Notes under the pieces: model-generated
Told to the model about the DNA's origin: nothing
Database searches by the model: none
The model's input: the letters and a program-made list of their open reading frames with translations, nothing else
Program-made: the position numbers and the translations under genes
Shown here: positions 1 through 8,780 of the stretch, one piece after another
Position numbering within the stretch: position 1 is the stretch's first letter
Layout: each line of letters starts with the position of its first letter
Assembly (NCBI GenBank): GCA_038142325.1
Contig: JAYQJW010000002.1
Coordinates: 416,001-480,000, forward strand
Direction of reading: 5' to 3'
Length of the DNA: 64,000 nucleotides
Origin: Gammaproteobacteria bacterium
GTDB taxonomy: Bacteria; Pseudomonadota; Gammaproteobacteria; GCA-002705445; GCA-002716945

Positions 1-622
1 GGGTATGAGTCAAGGTTTTCAAGTATGTGATATGTCTCACTTTTAATACTTAAGAGATAATCTGCGCCAGCTTTAGAGCCACGAATCAATTCATCTGTAT
101 TATGAGAATCAATACTGACATAGAAATTTCTATTTTTCAGTTCTTGGACCAACTCTTCAAGATGAGGGAATTCTTTATTTGGCAAACAACCAATATCTAT
201 TACGTCAGCTCCTTCTGATCTAAAAAATTCTGCTTTTTCTATTACAGCTTCAATAGTCATATTTAATGCATCTGTAATTTCCCCAAATATTGCTGTTTCA
301 AATTTTGAAAGATCATATTTGACAGGTTTTGCTCCGAACATTATTGGTAAGTCTTTTAATTCATCAGGACCTCTGGTTACCTTCTTTTTGATGATCTTTT
401 CAAGACGTTCTATATCCCCACGTACTCTTCCAGGAATTATAATCTCATCAAACTGACTAACATCACCAATACGTCTCTCAATCATGTCTGTTGTTAAAAG
501 AGCCGCTACATTCACATTAAGATTTTTTATTTCGTATTTAAATTTTTTTCTTCAATACCATCAAGGACTGTCTTAAGGCCTTTTTCAGCTAATTTACCTG
601 TAATGAATAAAATATTTTTCAT
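1..622 (-). CDS. DUF6513-domain / dihydropteroate-synthase-like protein (Orf20 type, methanopterin biosynthesis); runs off window edge, one frameshift near 545
   Basis: Manual translation from ATG 622: MKNILFITGKLAEKGLKTVL, then after a +1 A correction VAALLTTDMIERR...IIPGRVRGD...RGPDELKDLP...IFGEITDA...GADVIDIGCLP...VSIDS; matches the methylotroph Orf20-like family as I recall it. Confidence 0.75.
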
Positions 623-1149
623 TTAATTAATTTACTTAAAGCTTTTTTCAAAGATGCTACGTTATCAACAACGGATACATTTTTAAATTTTTTCAAAGCT
701 CTAAAATTTTTTAAATCTATTTCTCTTGGGTATAAAGTAACTAATTTTTTAGGTGCCTGTGTAATTACAACTGGTTCAGTATCGCATGCAAAAACTAGTG
801 TTTTAATTCCACATTTACCTGCTTGTGCAAACATATTTGTCACAAGGTTATTAGACATACCCTGTGCCATGAAAGCAATTGTATTTGAGGTAGCAGGCGA
901 GATAACAACTAGTTTATAAACAGACTCATATAATAAACTAACTGGTGCCGAGCTGGCAGTAATATCTTTGAATATTTAAATCTTCTTTTTCTTGAAAATA
1001 TCAAGATCATAGTCATACCATTTGAGTACCTCTTCACCTGCTTTACTCAAATATAAATCTACATGATTTAATGTAAGCATAAGATCAATTGATTCTTTTA
1101 GGTAATGACCTGAACCAGTAATACACCATGCTATTCTATGTTTATCCAT
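619..1149 (-). CDS. dmrB: AfpA/DmrB-type flavoprotein (probable dihydromethanopterin reductase); frameshifted near 920-990
   Basis: ATG 1149 MDKHRIAWCITGSGHYL...LYLSKAGEEVL, later ISPATSNTIAFMAQGMSNNLVTNMFAQAGK...LYPREIDL; flavoprotein family motifs; stop overlaps the Orf20-like start. Confidence 0.7.
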
Positions 1150-1749
1150 ATAGTTTCTTAATTAATTCAATATTTTCTTCAATATCTGTTTTTGTATTTA
1201 GATTTATAAACATTTCATCACTTTCATCAAATAAAACTTCTTCATATCCGCATGAAGTATACCACTTATCTATTTTTCTCTCTCCAGATTGTAAGAAGAG
1301 TTTTAAATTATTTTTTAGCGATGTATCAATTCTTGCATGAACAGGCTGAAGTCTATCACCTGTCTTTGTTACAAAGATTTTTTTTCATTATTACATTCAG
1401 TCAAAGTTTCAAAATATTCTTTAGAGAGGAATGGTCCATCACATGGCAAGGTGATTAAATATTGATTTTTACAATATGAAAGCGCAGAGTATATACCAGA
1501 TAGTGGACCTTGATAATCTTCAAGAATATCTGAATAAACGTTTTGATGAATTTTTCTATATTCATCTAGTAGATCATTTGCAATAACAAAAACATCAGAT
1601 GAGTAATTACATGCAATAGATATTAGCCTTGACAAAACAAGCTTATTATTAAGCTTCATAAGGCCTTTATTATTACCATCCATTCTTGATGATTTTCCGC
1701 CAGCTAAAATAGCAATAGAAATATCATCTTTTTGTAATTTAGTCGACAT
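1142..1749 (-). CDS. mobA: Molybdenum cofactor guanylyltransferase (frameshift near 1380)
   Basis: ILAGGKSSRMDG, GPLSGI, PCDGP motifs; C-terminal FINLNT in the shifted frame ending at TAA 1142-1144. Confidence 0.9.
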
Positions 1750-1799
1750 TACAATATTATAAGCTGATAAATCAAAATAGATAAACTATAAGGCATATT

Positions 1800-2771
1800 A
1801 TGAAATTATTCTTAGCACCTATGGTGGGAAGGACAGACAAGTACTTCAGAAAACTGATTAGGTTGATGTCACCTAACATAACACTGTTTACTGAGATGAT
1901 TACAGTCGATTCTCTTTTAAGAGGAAATTTTAGAAATTATGCCATACCTTCAAATCAGCATCCAATAGTGGCTCAAGTTGCAGGTAATGATAAAAATAAA
2001 TTTATGCAAGCTTCTGATATCTTAGCAAAGATGGGATTTGATGAGATTAATCTAAATATTGGTTGTCCTAGCTCAAAAGTTGTTAAAGGCGGATTTGGCG
2101 CGTGTCAGATTGATAATCCCGATGATGTCGCAAGTTATGTCAGGTCAATTCTATCATGTACTAATCTTCCTGTATCAATAAAAACAAGACTTGGCTTAGG
2201 TTATGAGCAAAATTTAGAAAGTATAGAAAAATTTATTCATATCACTAGCGATGCTGGATGTGAGATATTTTATATTCATGCTCGAAATGCAGTATTAAAT
2301 GGTTTATCCACAAAGAAAAATAGATCAGTTCCACCTCTTAGGTATGATGACGTACTCAAGCTAAAAAATAAATTCCCACACTTAAAAATATATATAAATG
2401 GTGGAATAGATAATTTGGATGAAGCTGCTCATCTTTTAAATATTTATGGTGGAATTATGATTGGTAGAAAAATATATGATGATCCAAGATTTTTACTTGA
2501 ATTAGAAAAAAAGATTTTTTCTTTTGATAATAATTTATCGAACCCATCTATTGTTAAAAAATATATTAATCAACTTGATTTTGAAGAGAGAAATAATAAG
2601 CTTTATGCATTGAAGCACCTTACAAATTTATATAAAGGCACGAGCTTATCTAAGAAGTGGAGGAAATATTTGCATACATTAATAAATTCAGATAAACCAA
2701 TTACAGACGTAAATTATTTCAATAACGAGGAAAATCATGGTGAAAAAAAAATTAACTGCTCGCACAGCTGA
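1800..2771 (+). CDS. dusA: tRNA-dihydrouridine synthase (DusA type)
   Basis: LAPMVG, TEM, INLNIGCPSSKV, HARNAVLNGLSTKKNRSVPPLRY, NGGI motifs. Confidence 0.9.
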   Translation: MKLFLAPMVGRTDKYFRKLIRLMSPNITLFTEMITVDSLLRGNFRNYAIPSNQHPIVAQVAGNDKNKFMQASDILAKMGFDEINLNIGCPSSKVVKGGFGACQIDNPDDVASYVRSILSCTNLPVSIKTRLGLGYEQNLESIEKFIHITSDAGCEIFYIHARNAVLNGLSTKKNRSVPPLRYDDVLKLKNKFPHLKIYINGGIDNLDEAAHLLNIYGGIMIGRKIYDDPRFLLELEKKIFSFDNNLSNPSIVKKYINQLDFEERNNKLYALKHLTNLYKGTSLSKKWRKYLHTLINSDKPITDVNYFNNEENHGEKKINCSHS

Positions 2772-3543
2772 TATAAATCAACTTTATGAAGAATCAGTTC
2801 AATGTCCAGAGTTTGAGGTAGGTTTTATTAAAAAGTTATATAAAAAATATAATAAATCTAAATGTACAAGCTTAAGAGAAGATTTCTCTGCTTCAGCATT
2901 AATATCTACTGAGTGGGTTATGGATAATAACAAACATACATCTATAGCTGTGGATTATGATAAAAAAATGATAAACCAAGCGAAAAAAACTGCATTGAGA
3001 AGACTTGATCAAGACCAACAGTCTAGAATGAAAATATGTTATGGAGATTCCTCTAAATACAAAGATGATAAAGTCGACTGTGTACTAGCTGCTAATTTTA
3101 GTTATTTTGTTTTTAAAGATAGAATTAATTTAATTAAATATTTCCAAAACGCACGCTCTCAACTAAAAAGAAAAGGTCTTTTTCTGTTAGATGCTTTTGG
3201 TGGATATGAGGCTCATCAGCTCTTAGAGGAAAGAACAAAGCATAAAAATTTCACATACGTATGGGATCAATCATCATTCAACCCAATTACTCATGAAATA
3301 AAATGTTATATACATTTTGAATTCCCTGATAAAACAAAGAAAAAAAGAGCATTTACTTATGATTGGAGATTATGGACTTTACCTGAAATTCAGGAATGCC
3401 TGAACGATGCTGGGTTTAAGTCGGTAGATGTATATATGCAAGGCTGGGATGAGAAAAAAGATGAGGAAACTGAGGAATTCTATAAGATGAAAAAATGTGA
3501 TGCTGATCCTGCATGGGTCGCATACTTGGTTGCTAGAAAATAG
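2737..3543 (+). CDS. Putative class I SAM-dependent methyltransferase, substrate unknown
   Basis: LYEESVQCP, LREDFSASA (motif-I-like), AVD, ANFSYF, GLFLLDAFGG, YVWDQ, AFTYDWRLWTLPEI. Confidence 0.7.
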   Translation: MVKKKLTARTADINQLYEESVQCPEFEVGFIKKLYKKYNKSKCTSLREDFSASALISTEWVMDNNKHTSIAVDYDKKMINQAKKTALRRLDQDQQSRMKICYGDSSKYKDDKVDCVLAANFSYFVFKDRINLIKYFQNARSQLKRKGLFLLDAFGGYEAHQLLEERTKHKNFTYVWDQSSFNPITHEIKCYIHFEFPDKTKKKRAFTYDWRLWTLPEIQECLNDAGFKSVDVYMQGWDEKKDEETEEFYKMKKCDADPAWVAYLVARK

Positions 3544-3544
3544 A

Positions 3545-3572
3545 TTGATATGTCTATTATAAATTCTATAAT
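3545..3572 (+). promoter_or_regulatory. sigma70-like promoter of rnpB
   Basis: TTGATA (3545-3550), 16 nt spacer, TATAAT (3567-3572), 6 nt before the P1 helix. Confidence 0.7.
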
Positions 3573-3578
3573 ACAAAC

Positions 3579-3902
3579 GAGAGTTAATCATACAGCTGCT
3601 ATGTATTACATAGAGGAAAGTCCGGGCTCCAGGGAAAAAGTGCCAGGTAACACCTGGAAAACGTGAGTTTTGGAAAGTGCTGCAGAAAATAACCGCCTGT
3701 AAGAGGTAAGGGTGAAAAGGTAGGGTAAGAGCCTACCGCTACTAAGGTAACAAGGCAGGCATAAGTAAACCCCGCTTGGAGCAAGGCAAATTTGTGATTC
3801 ATCCCAATATAATCACATGGTTGCTGCTAATGAGATTATTGGTGACAATAATTCAAGATAAATAGCTGTACACGACAGAACCCGGCTTATAGATTAACTC
3901 TC
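3579..3902 (+). ncRNA. rnpB: RNase P RNA, bacterial type A, compact
   Basis: P1 GAGAGTTAATC/GATTAACTCTC; GAGGAAAGTCCGGGCTCC; AGGGTGAAA; GGTAAGAGC; GAGCAAGGC; ACAGAACCCGGCTTA. Confidence 0.97.
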
Positions 3903-4010
3903 TCCAATTAATAATATCTTGTAAGTAACTGAAATATATTAAAAAATTCATATTTTAATCATTTTGTTCTTTATTTATCTACATTTTCATTAGTTTATCT
4001 CTATTACTAC

Positions 4011-4039
4011 TTGCATATGTTAAAAATAAGGCATATAGT
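4011..4039 (+). promoter_or_regulatory. sigma70-like dcw (mra) promoter
   Basis: TTGCAT (4011-4016), 17 nt spacer, TATAGT (4034-4039). Confidence 0.65.
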
Positions 4040-4083
4040 GTTGATAAATGGCATTATTTGTTATTTTGTGGAGAAAAATGGAG
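4038..4083 (+). promoter_or_regulatory. Probable MraZ-binding repeats
   Basis: GTGT/ATGG/TTGT/GTGG/ATGG at 4038, 4048, 4058, 4068, 4078 (exact 10-nt period), like the GTGG-N6 MraZ operator. Confidence 0.6.
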
Positions 4084-4539
4084 AATCTATTTAAAGGTAT
4101 TCACAATCTTAGCCTTGATTCAAAAGGTAGGCTCGGTATTCCTATTTCCTACCGAGAACATATTACAAACCTGTTAAAAGGCTCAATGGTGATAACTATT
4201 GATACTGAGGATAAATGTCTACTTTTATATCCAACAACAATTTGGTCTAAGATTCAGGATAAAATCAGTAACTTACCAAGCTTTAATAGAAATGCTAGAA
4301 GAATTCAAAGACTCTTAATTGGCCACGCAGAAGACGTTGATGTTGACTCAAGCGGCAGAATTCTAATCTCAAAACCACTAAGACAATACGCATCTTTATC
4401 AAAAAAAGTCATATTGATTGGTCAAGGTGAAAAATTTGAGATTTGGGATCAGAATTCTTGGGATCGCAATGTTGAGAAATGGCGTGAAGAGGCAACCTCT
4501 ACTGATGATGCAGAAGCTTTAAATGGCATAAGTATATGA
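4078..4539 (+). CDS. mraZ: dcw cluster transcriptional repressor MraZ
   Basis: FKG...LDSKGRL, CLLLYP, DSSGRILI, GQGEKFEIWD; ATG 4078 has GGAG upstream. Confidence 0.95.
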   Translation: MENLFKGIHNLSLDSKGRLGIPISYREHITNLLKGSMVITIDTEDKCLLLYPTTIWSKIQDKISNLPSFNRNARRIQRLLIGHAEDVDVDSSGRILISKPLRQYASLSKKVILIGQGEKFEIWDQNSWDRNVEKWREEATSTDDAEALNGISI

Positions 4540-4730
4540 TAACTAATAACGACTATAGAATATTAGGAGTAAATGCTAATGATGACATGTCTGTAATAAA
4601 AGCAGCTTATAGAAGACTAGCGTCAAAATATCATCCAGACAAAAATAAGAACGATTCTCAATCTATCAAAATATTTATAAGAATTAAATCTGCATATGAA
4701 CATATAAGGAGCTTCAAAGAAAATGAATAA
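4536..4730 (+). CDS. Minimal J-domain-only protein (64 aa)
   Basis: DYRILGV, IKAAYRRLASKYHPDKN, FIRIKSAYE; ATGA overlap with mraZ and 8-nt overlap with rsmH. Confidence 0.9.
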   Translation: MITNNDYRILGVNANDDMSVIKAAYRRLASKYHPDKNKNDSQSIKIFIRIKSAYEHIRSFKENE

Positions 4731-5656
4731 TACTCAGTTCCATATTCCAGTAATGAAGAATGAAGCAATCAAACATCTGATAACGGATAAGAGTGGAGTA
4801 TATATAGATGCTACCCTTGGATATGGGGGCCACTCAATTTCAATATTAGAAAATACTAATCAGGACGCAAAAATTTTTGCGGTTGATAAAGACAAGGATG
4901 CTATTGATTATAATAAAAAACAATTTGCGCAAGAGAATAGGTTTACCCTAAAACATGGATGTTTCTCTTCTCTTGATGAATATGCTAGGACATGGAATAT
5001 ATATGGATCAGTTAACGGTATTTTGTTTGATCTTGGTGTTTCTTCTGTCCACTTAGATGATGCAGACAGAGGGTTTAGTTTCAATAAAGATGCTCCTTTA
5101 GACATGAGATTCAATCGAACTTACGGCAAAAAAGCCTCAGAATATATAAATGAGTTACCAGAAAAAGATATTGAGCACATCTTAAGAGTATACGGGCAGG
5201 AAAAATTTTCAAAAAGAATTGCTAAAAACATAATCAAACATAGAGCATTGAGCCCTATTAACCAGTACTCTCGAGCTAGTGAATATAATCAACAAATCTG
5301 TTTTAGTTAATGATAAGAATAAACATAATGCGACCAGATCTTTTCAAGCTTTGAGAATCTTTGTCAACAAGGAACTAGATGTTCTCAAAAGTATTTTAGA
5401 AAAATCATACAGCATACTAGCCCCTAAAGGTAGATTAGTTCTTATAACTTATCATTCACTTGAAGAACGAGTTATAAAAGATTTTATGATATTGACCGAT
5501 CATAATTTATCTACACCTAGAAAAATACCCATAAAAAATGAATTTCTTAAAAAGTTATTTAACTTAATAAAAAAAATTAAACCATCTCAAAGTGAAATCA
5601 TAGAAAATACAAGATCAAGATCAGCAAAAATAAATGTATTGGAGAAATCAATATGA
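4723..5656 (+). CDS. rsmH: 16S rRNA m4C1402 methyltransferase (frameshift near 5260)
   Basis: HIPVM, DATLGYGGHS, DLGVSS, RGFSF, PLDMR; ATRSFQALRIFVN, YHSLEER, RSRSAK in second ORF. Confidence 0.95.
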
Positions 5657-5922
5657 ATTTGACAGCTTCTTTTGTTTTAATTTTACTTATAACCATCTCA
5701 GCTTTTGGAGTTATCTTTATAAAATATCAAAATAGAATCTTAAATATTGAAATATCTGAAAATGAAAAGAAACATTATTATTTATCTGAATCATATAGAC
5801 AGTTGCTAAAAGATAAAGCTGATATTACAGATAAAGTTTTACAAAAAAATAGCTTAGGAAAGGCTCTTAATATGCAGCTGCCAAGTAAAGAAAGAATTTT
5901 AATCATGAATATTGATCAATAG
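5653..5922 (+). CDS. ftsL: Cell division protein FtsL (divergent)
   Basis: 89 aa, N-terminal TM helix plus coiled coil, LNMQLP tail, position directly after rsmH. Confidence 0.75.
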   Translation: MNLTASFVLILLITISAFGVIFIKYQNRILNIEISENEKKHYYLSESYRQLLKDKADITDKVLQKNSLGKALNMQLPSKERILIMNIDQ

Positions 5923-5931
5923 GAGGACACC

Positions 5932-7065
5932 ATGTTTGAAATAGTAAATAATTATAATCAAAATGCGGTTATCAAAGTTATTGGTGTAGGCGGTGGCGGT
6001 GGTAACGCTATTATGTCGATGCTTAAGTCTCAAATTCATGGGGCAGATTTTTTAATTGCAAATACTGATGTACAAGCCCTAAGGGATATAGACGGAGCAG
6101 TCACGGTTCAGATAGGCTCCGAAATAACCAAAGGATTAGGAGCTGGCGCAGATCCTGAAAAAGGTAGGCAAGCAGCACTTGAAGCAAGCGAAACTCTAAA
6201 AGAGTCAATTGAAGGAGCAGATATGCTTTTCATAGCCGCTGGTATGGGTGGTGGAACAGGAACAGGTGCAGCACCAGTTATTGCCCAGATTGCTAGGGAT
6301 TTAGGTATACTTACTGTCGCTGTAGTCACAAAACCATTCGATTTTGAGGGTCCAGAGAGAATGGCAAATGCACAAGAAGGCATAGATAATCTAGAACAAT
6401 GGGTGGATTCACTCATCGTAATACCAAATTCAAAACTTAAAGAGGTTTATGGCGGAGGAGAATCCATATTTTCATCATTTGAAAACGCTAATGATGTACT
6501 GAGAGGTGCTGTCAAAGGAATAACAGAAATTATAACTATTAGAGGTTTTATGAATGTGGATTTCGCAGATGTTAAAACCGTAATGTCAGGAATGGGCAAG
6601 GCAATGATGGGTTCAGGTGTTTCATCTGGTGAAAATAGAGCTGAAGAAGCTGTTACTACAGCACTTAGCAGTCCTTTACTTGATAACATAAACCTTAAAG
6701 GTGCAAGTGGAGTTCTTGTAAACATTACATCTGGTTCAGATTTGACTACAGATGAATTTGAAGTTATTGGAAATAAAATCAGAGAAATTGCACATGAAGA
6801 CGCTAAGATTATCACCGGCTGTATTAAAGAAGACGATAATATAGGAGACTTGAGAGTTACTATAATTGCAACAGGTTTTGCACAAAACAATGTAGCAGAT
6901 ATTGTAACTACTGAATCCTCTTTAGAAGAACAACCTAAAGAAAATATGAATAGTGTAACAAGCTTTCAAAACTCAAATAATAATATTGAACATGTAGATC
7001 TATCTGGACAAGAAGATCAAACTTCAATAGACATACCAGCATTTTTAAGACAACAAGCTGATTGA
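5932..7065 (+). CDS. ftsZ: Cell division protein FtsZ
   Basis: IKVIGVGGGGGNA, GMGGGTGTG, NVDFAD, C-terminal DIPAFLRQQAD; AGGAGG SD at 5921-5926. Confidence 0.99.
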   Translation: MFEIVNNYNQNAVIKVIGVGGGGGNAIMSMLKSQIHGADFLIANTDVQALRDIDGAVTVQIGSEITKGLGAGADPEKGRQAALEASETLKESIEGADMLFIAAGMGGGTGTGAAPVIAQIARDLGILTVAVVTKPFDFEGPERMANAQEGIDNLEQWVDSLIVIPNSKLKEVYGGGESIFSSFENANDVLRGAVKGITEIITIRGFMNVDFADVKTVMSGMGKAMMGSGVSSGENRAEEAVTTALSSPLLDNINLKGASGVLVNITSGSDLTTDEFEVIGNKIREIAHEDAKIITGCIKEDDNIGDLRVTIIATGFAQNNVADIVTTESSLEEQPKENMNSVTSFQNSNNNIEHVDLSGQEDQTSIDIPAFLRQQAD

Positions 7066-7079
7066 TAGTAAAGTAAAAA

Positions 7080-8780
7080 ATGAAAAATGGAGACTATTAT
7101 TATTTTTAATAATAGCCTCCATTACACTTCTAATAATTATTATTAGATTATATTTAATCCAAATCAAAGGTACTGATTGTTTTTATTTCAACGAGAGTGC
7201 TTGCAAGGAAAATATATTAAATGAGGGAAAAAAAAGACAGATACAAAATATAATAACTAAAGAGCAGCGGGGTATTATATTTGATAGAAATAACAATATC
7301 TTAGCAATGTCATTGCCTTCTAAGACTTTATGCATTAATCCAAGTAAGCTTTACACTATAGAACATAAAAGTGATTTAAAAAAAATTTCAGAAATTATTA
7401 ATATTCCTTATCAGAAAATCAAGAAAACAATATACAGAAATAAAGATAAAAAGGAATATTATTTAAAAAGACATATTTCAAAATTAGAGTTTACAAAGAT
7501 TGAAAAATATACAAACTCTTATATTTATTTCATTAATGAAAGTAAAAGATCGTATTTAGGAGGCGAGGCATTTTCTAATGTTCTAGGTTTTACTAATGTT
7601 GATGATGTGGGACAGGAAGGAATTGAGCTTGCCAAAAATGAAGTCTTAAAACCTTCAGATGGAATTAAAAAAAATAAAAAAAGATAATATCGGTCGAGCT
7701 ATTGAAACATTAGAAATCATAAAGAAATCTAAGGCTGGATTAGACATTACACTTACGCTTGATAAGCAAAAACAAATTATTGCATATGATGTTTTGAAGA
7801 AATATGTAAAGAAGTTTGAGGCAGACAGCGCATCTATTGTTCTTATTGAAACAGCTACTGGTAATATTTTGTCAATGGCAAATTATCCTTCTTTTGATCC
7901 AGAAACAAGAAAAAGTTATACAGGTGCAAAAATCAAGAACAGAATTATTCATGATTTAATAGAGCCAGGATCAACCATAAAGCCCTTAATAATTTATGCC
8001 GGACTTCATCATAATACGATTAATCACGATACGATCATTGATACTGCCCCAGGAGTCATAAAGCTTGATGATAAAGAAATTAAAGATTGGAAATTTTTAG
8101 GAAAAGTTTCATCAGGAGATATCATTAAGTACTCGAGCAATATTGGTGCGGCTAGGGTATCAACAATGCTATCAAAAAAACAACTAATCAATAATCTTGA
8201 GAAATTTGGATTTGGACATTCACTATATATAGATCTTCCAGGATCTAGATATGGAAAGTTACCAACAACTAATGAAATATCGAAATCTGAACATCACAGT
8301 ATTGGTTATGGGTATGGTATCTCTGTATCATTAATGCATTTAGTGAATGCATATACGATACTGGCAAATGAGGGGTATTATACTCAACTGAAATATATCA
8401 ATAGTAATGAATCATACTTTGAGAAGGGGCATCAGTTGTTAGATAGTAAAAAAACATCAATCGTTCTTAATATGATGAAGAAAGTAGTTCACTCAGATGA
8501 TGGAACTGGAAAAAAAGCTAAAGTCAATGGATATACGACATACGGTAAAACAGGTACCGTAAGACTTCTAAAAAATGGAAAATATAATACCAATAACCAC
8601 AATGCATTATTTGTTGGCATAGTAGGAGATCCTGCACCTAAATTTGTTGCAGCTGTTATTATAAGAGAACCAAAAGACAGACAAGGCTCAGGAGGTTATC
8701 ATGCTGCACCAGTTTTTGGTGAATTCATGCAACATATCATGAGAATTGATAGCAACATAGAATATGCAGGCTCAAGATAA
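7080..8780 (+). CDS. ftsI: Peptidoglycan transpeptidase PBP3 (frameshifts near 7085 and 7675)
   Basis: TM segment WRLLLFLII, RGIIFDRN, GQEGIE, EPGSTIKP (SxxK), SSN, GKTGT. Confidence 0.93.

Noticed and set aside
3599-3802. 67-aa minus-strand ORF
   Set aside because: Antisense shadow of rnpB
3922-3934. IHF-like site (TAAGTAACTGAAA) between rnpB and mraZ
   Set aside because: Imperfect match in an AT-rich spacer; cannot be separated from chance
6108-6890. Long antisense ORFs inside ftsZ, and similar ones in murD, argJ, the RND genes, aspS and yeeE
   Set aside because: Codon-mirror shadows of real genes with no motifs or start signals
7080-7109. Short ORF MKNGDYYYF at the ftsI start
   Set aside because: Better explained as the ftsI start with a missing or extra A; the shifted frame encodes the FtsI TM helix
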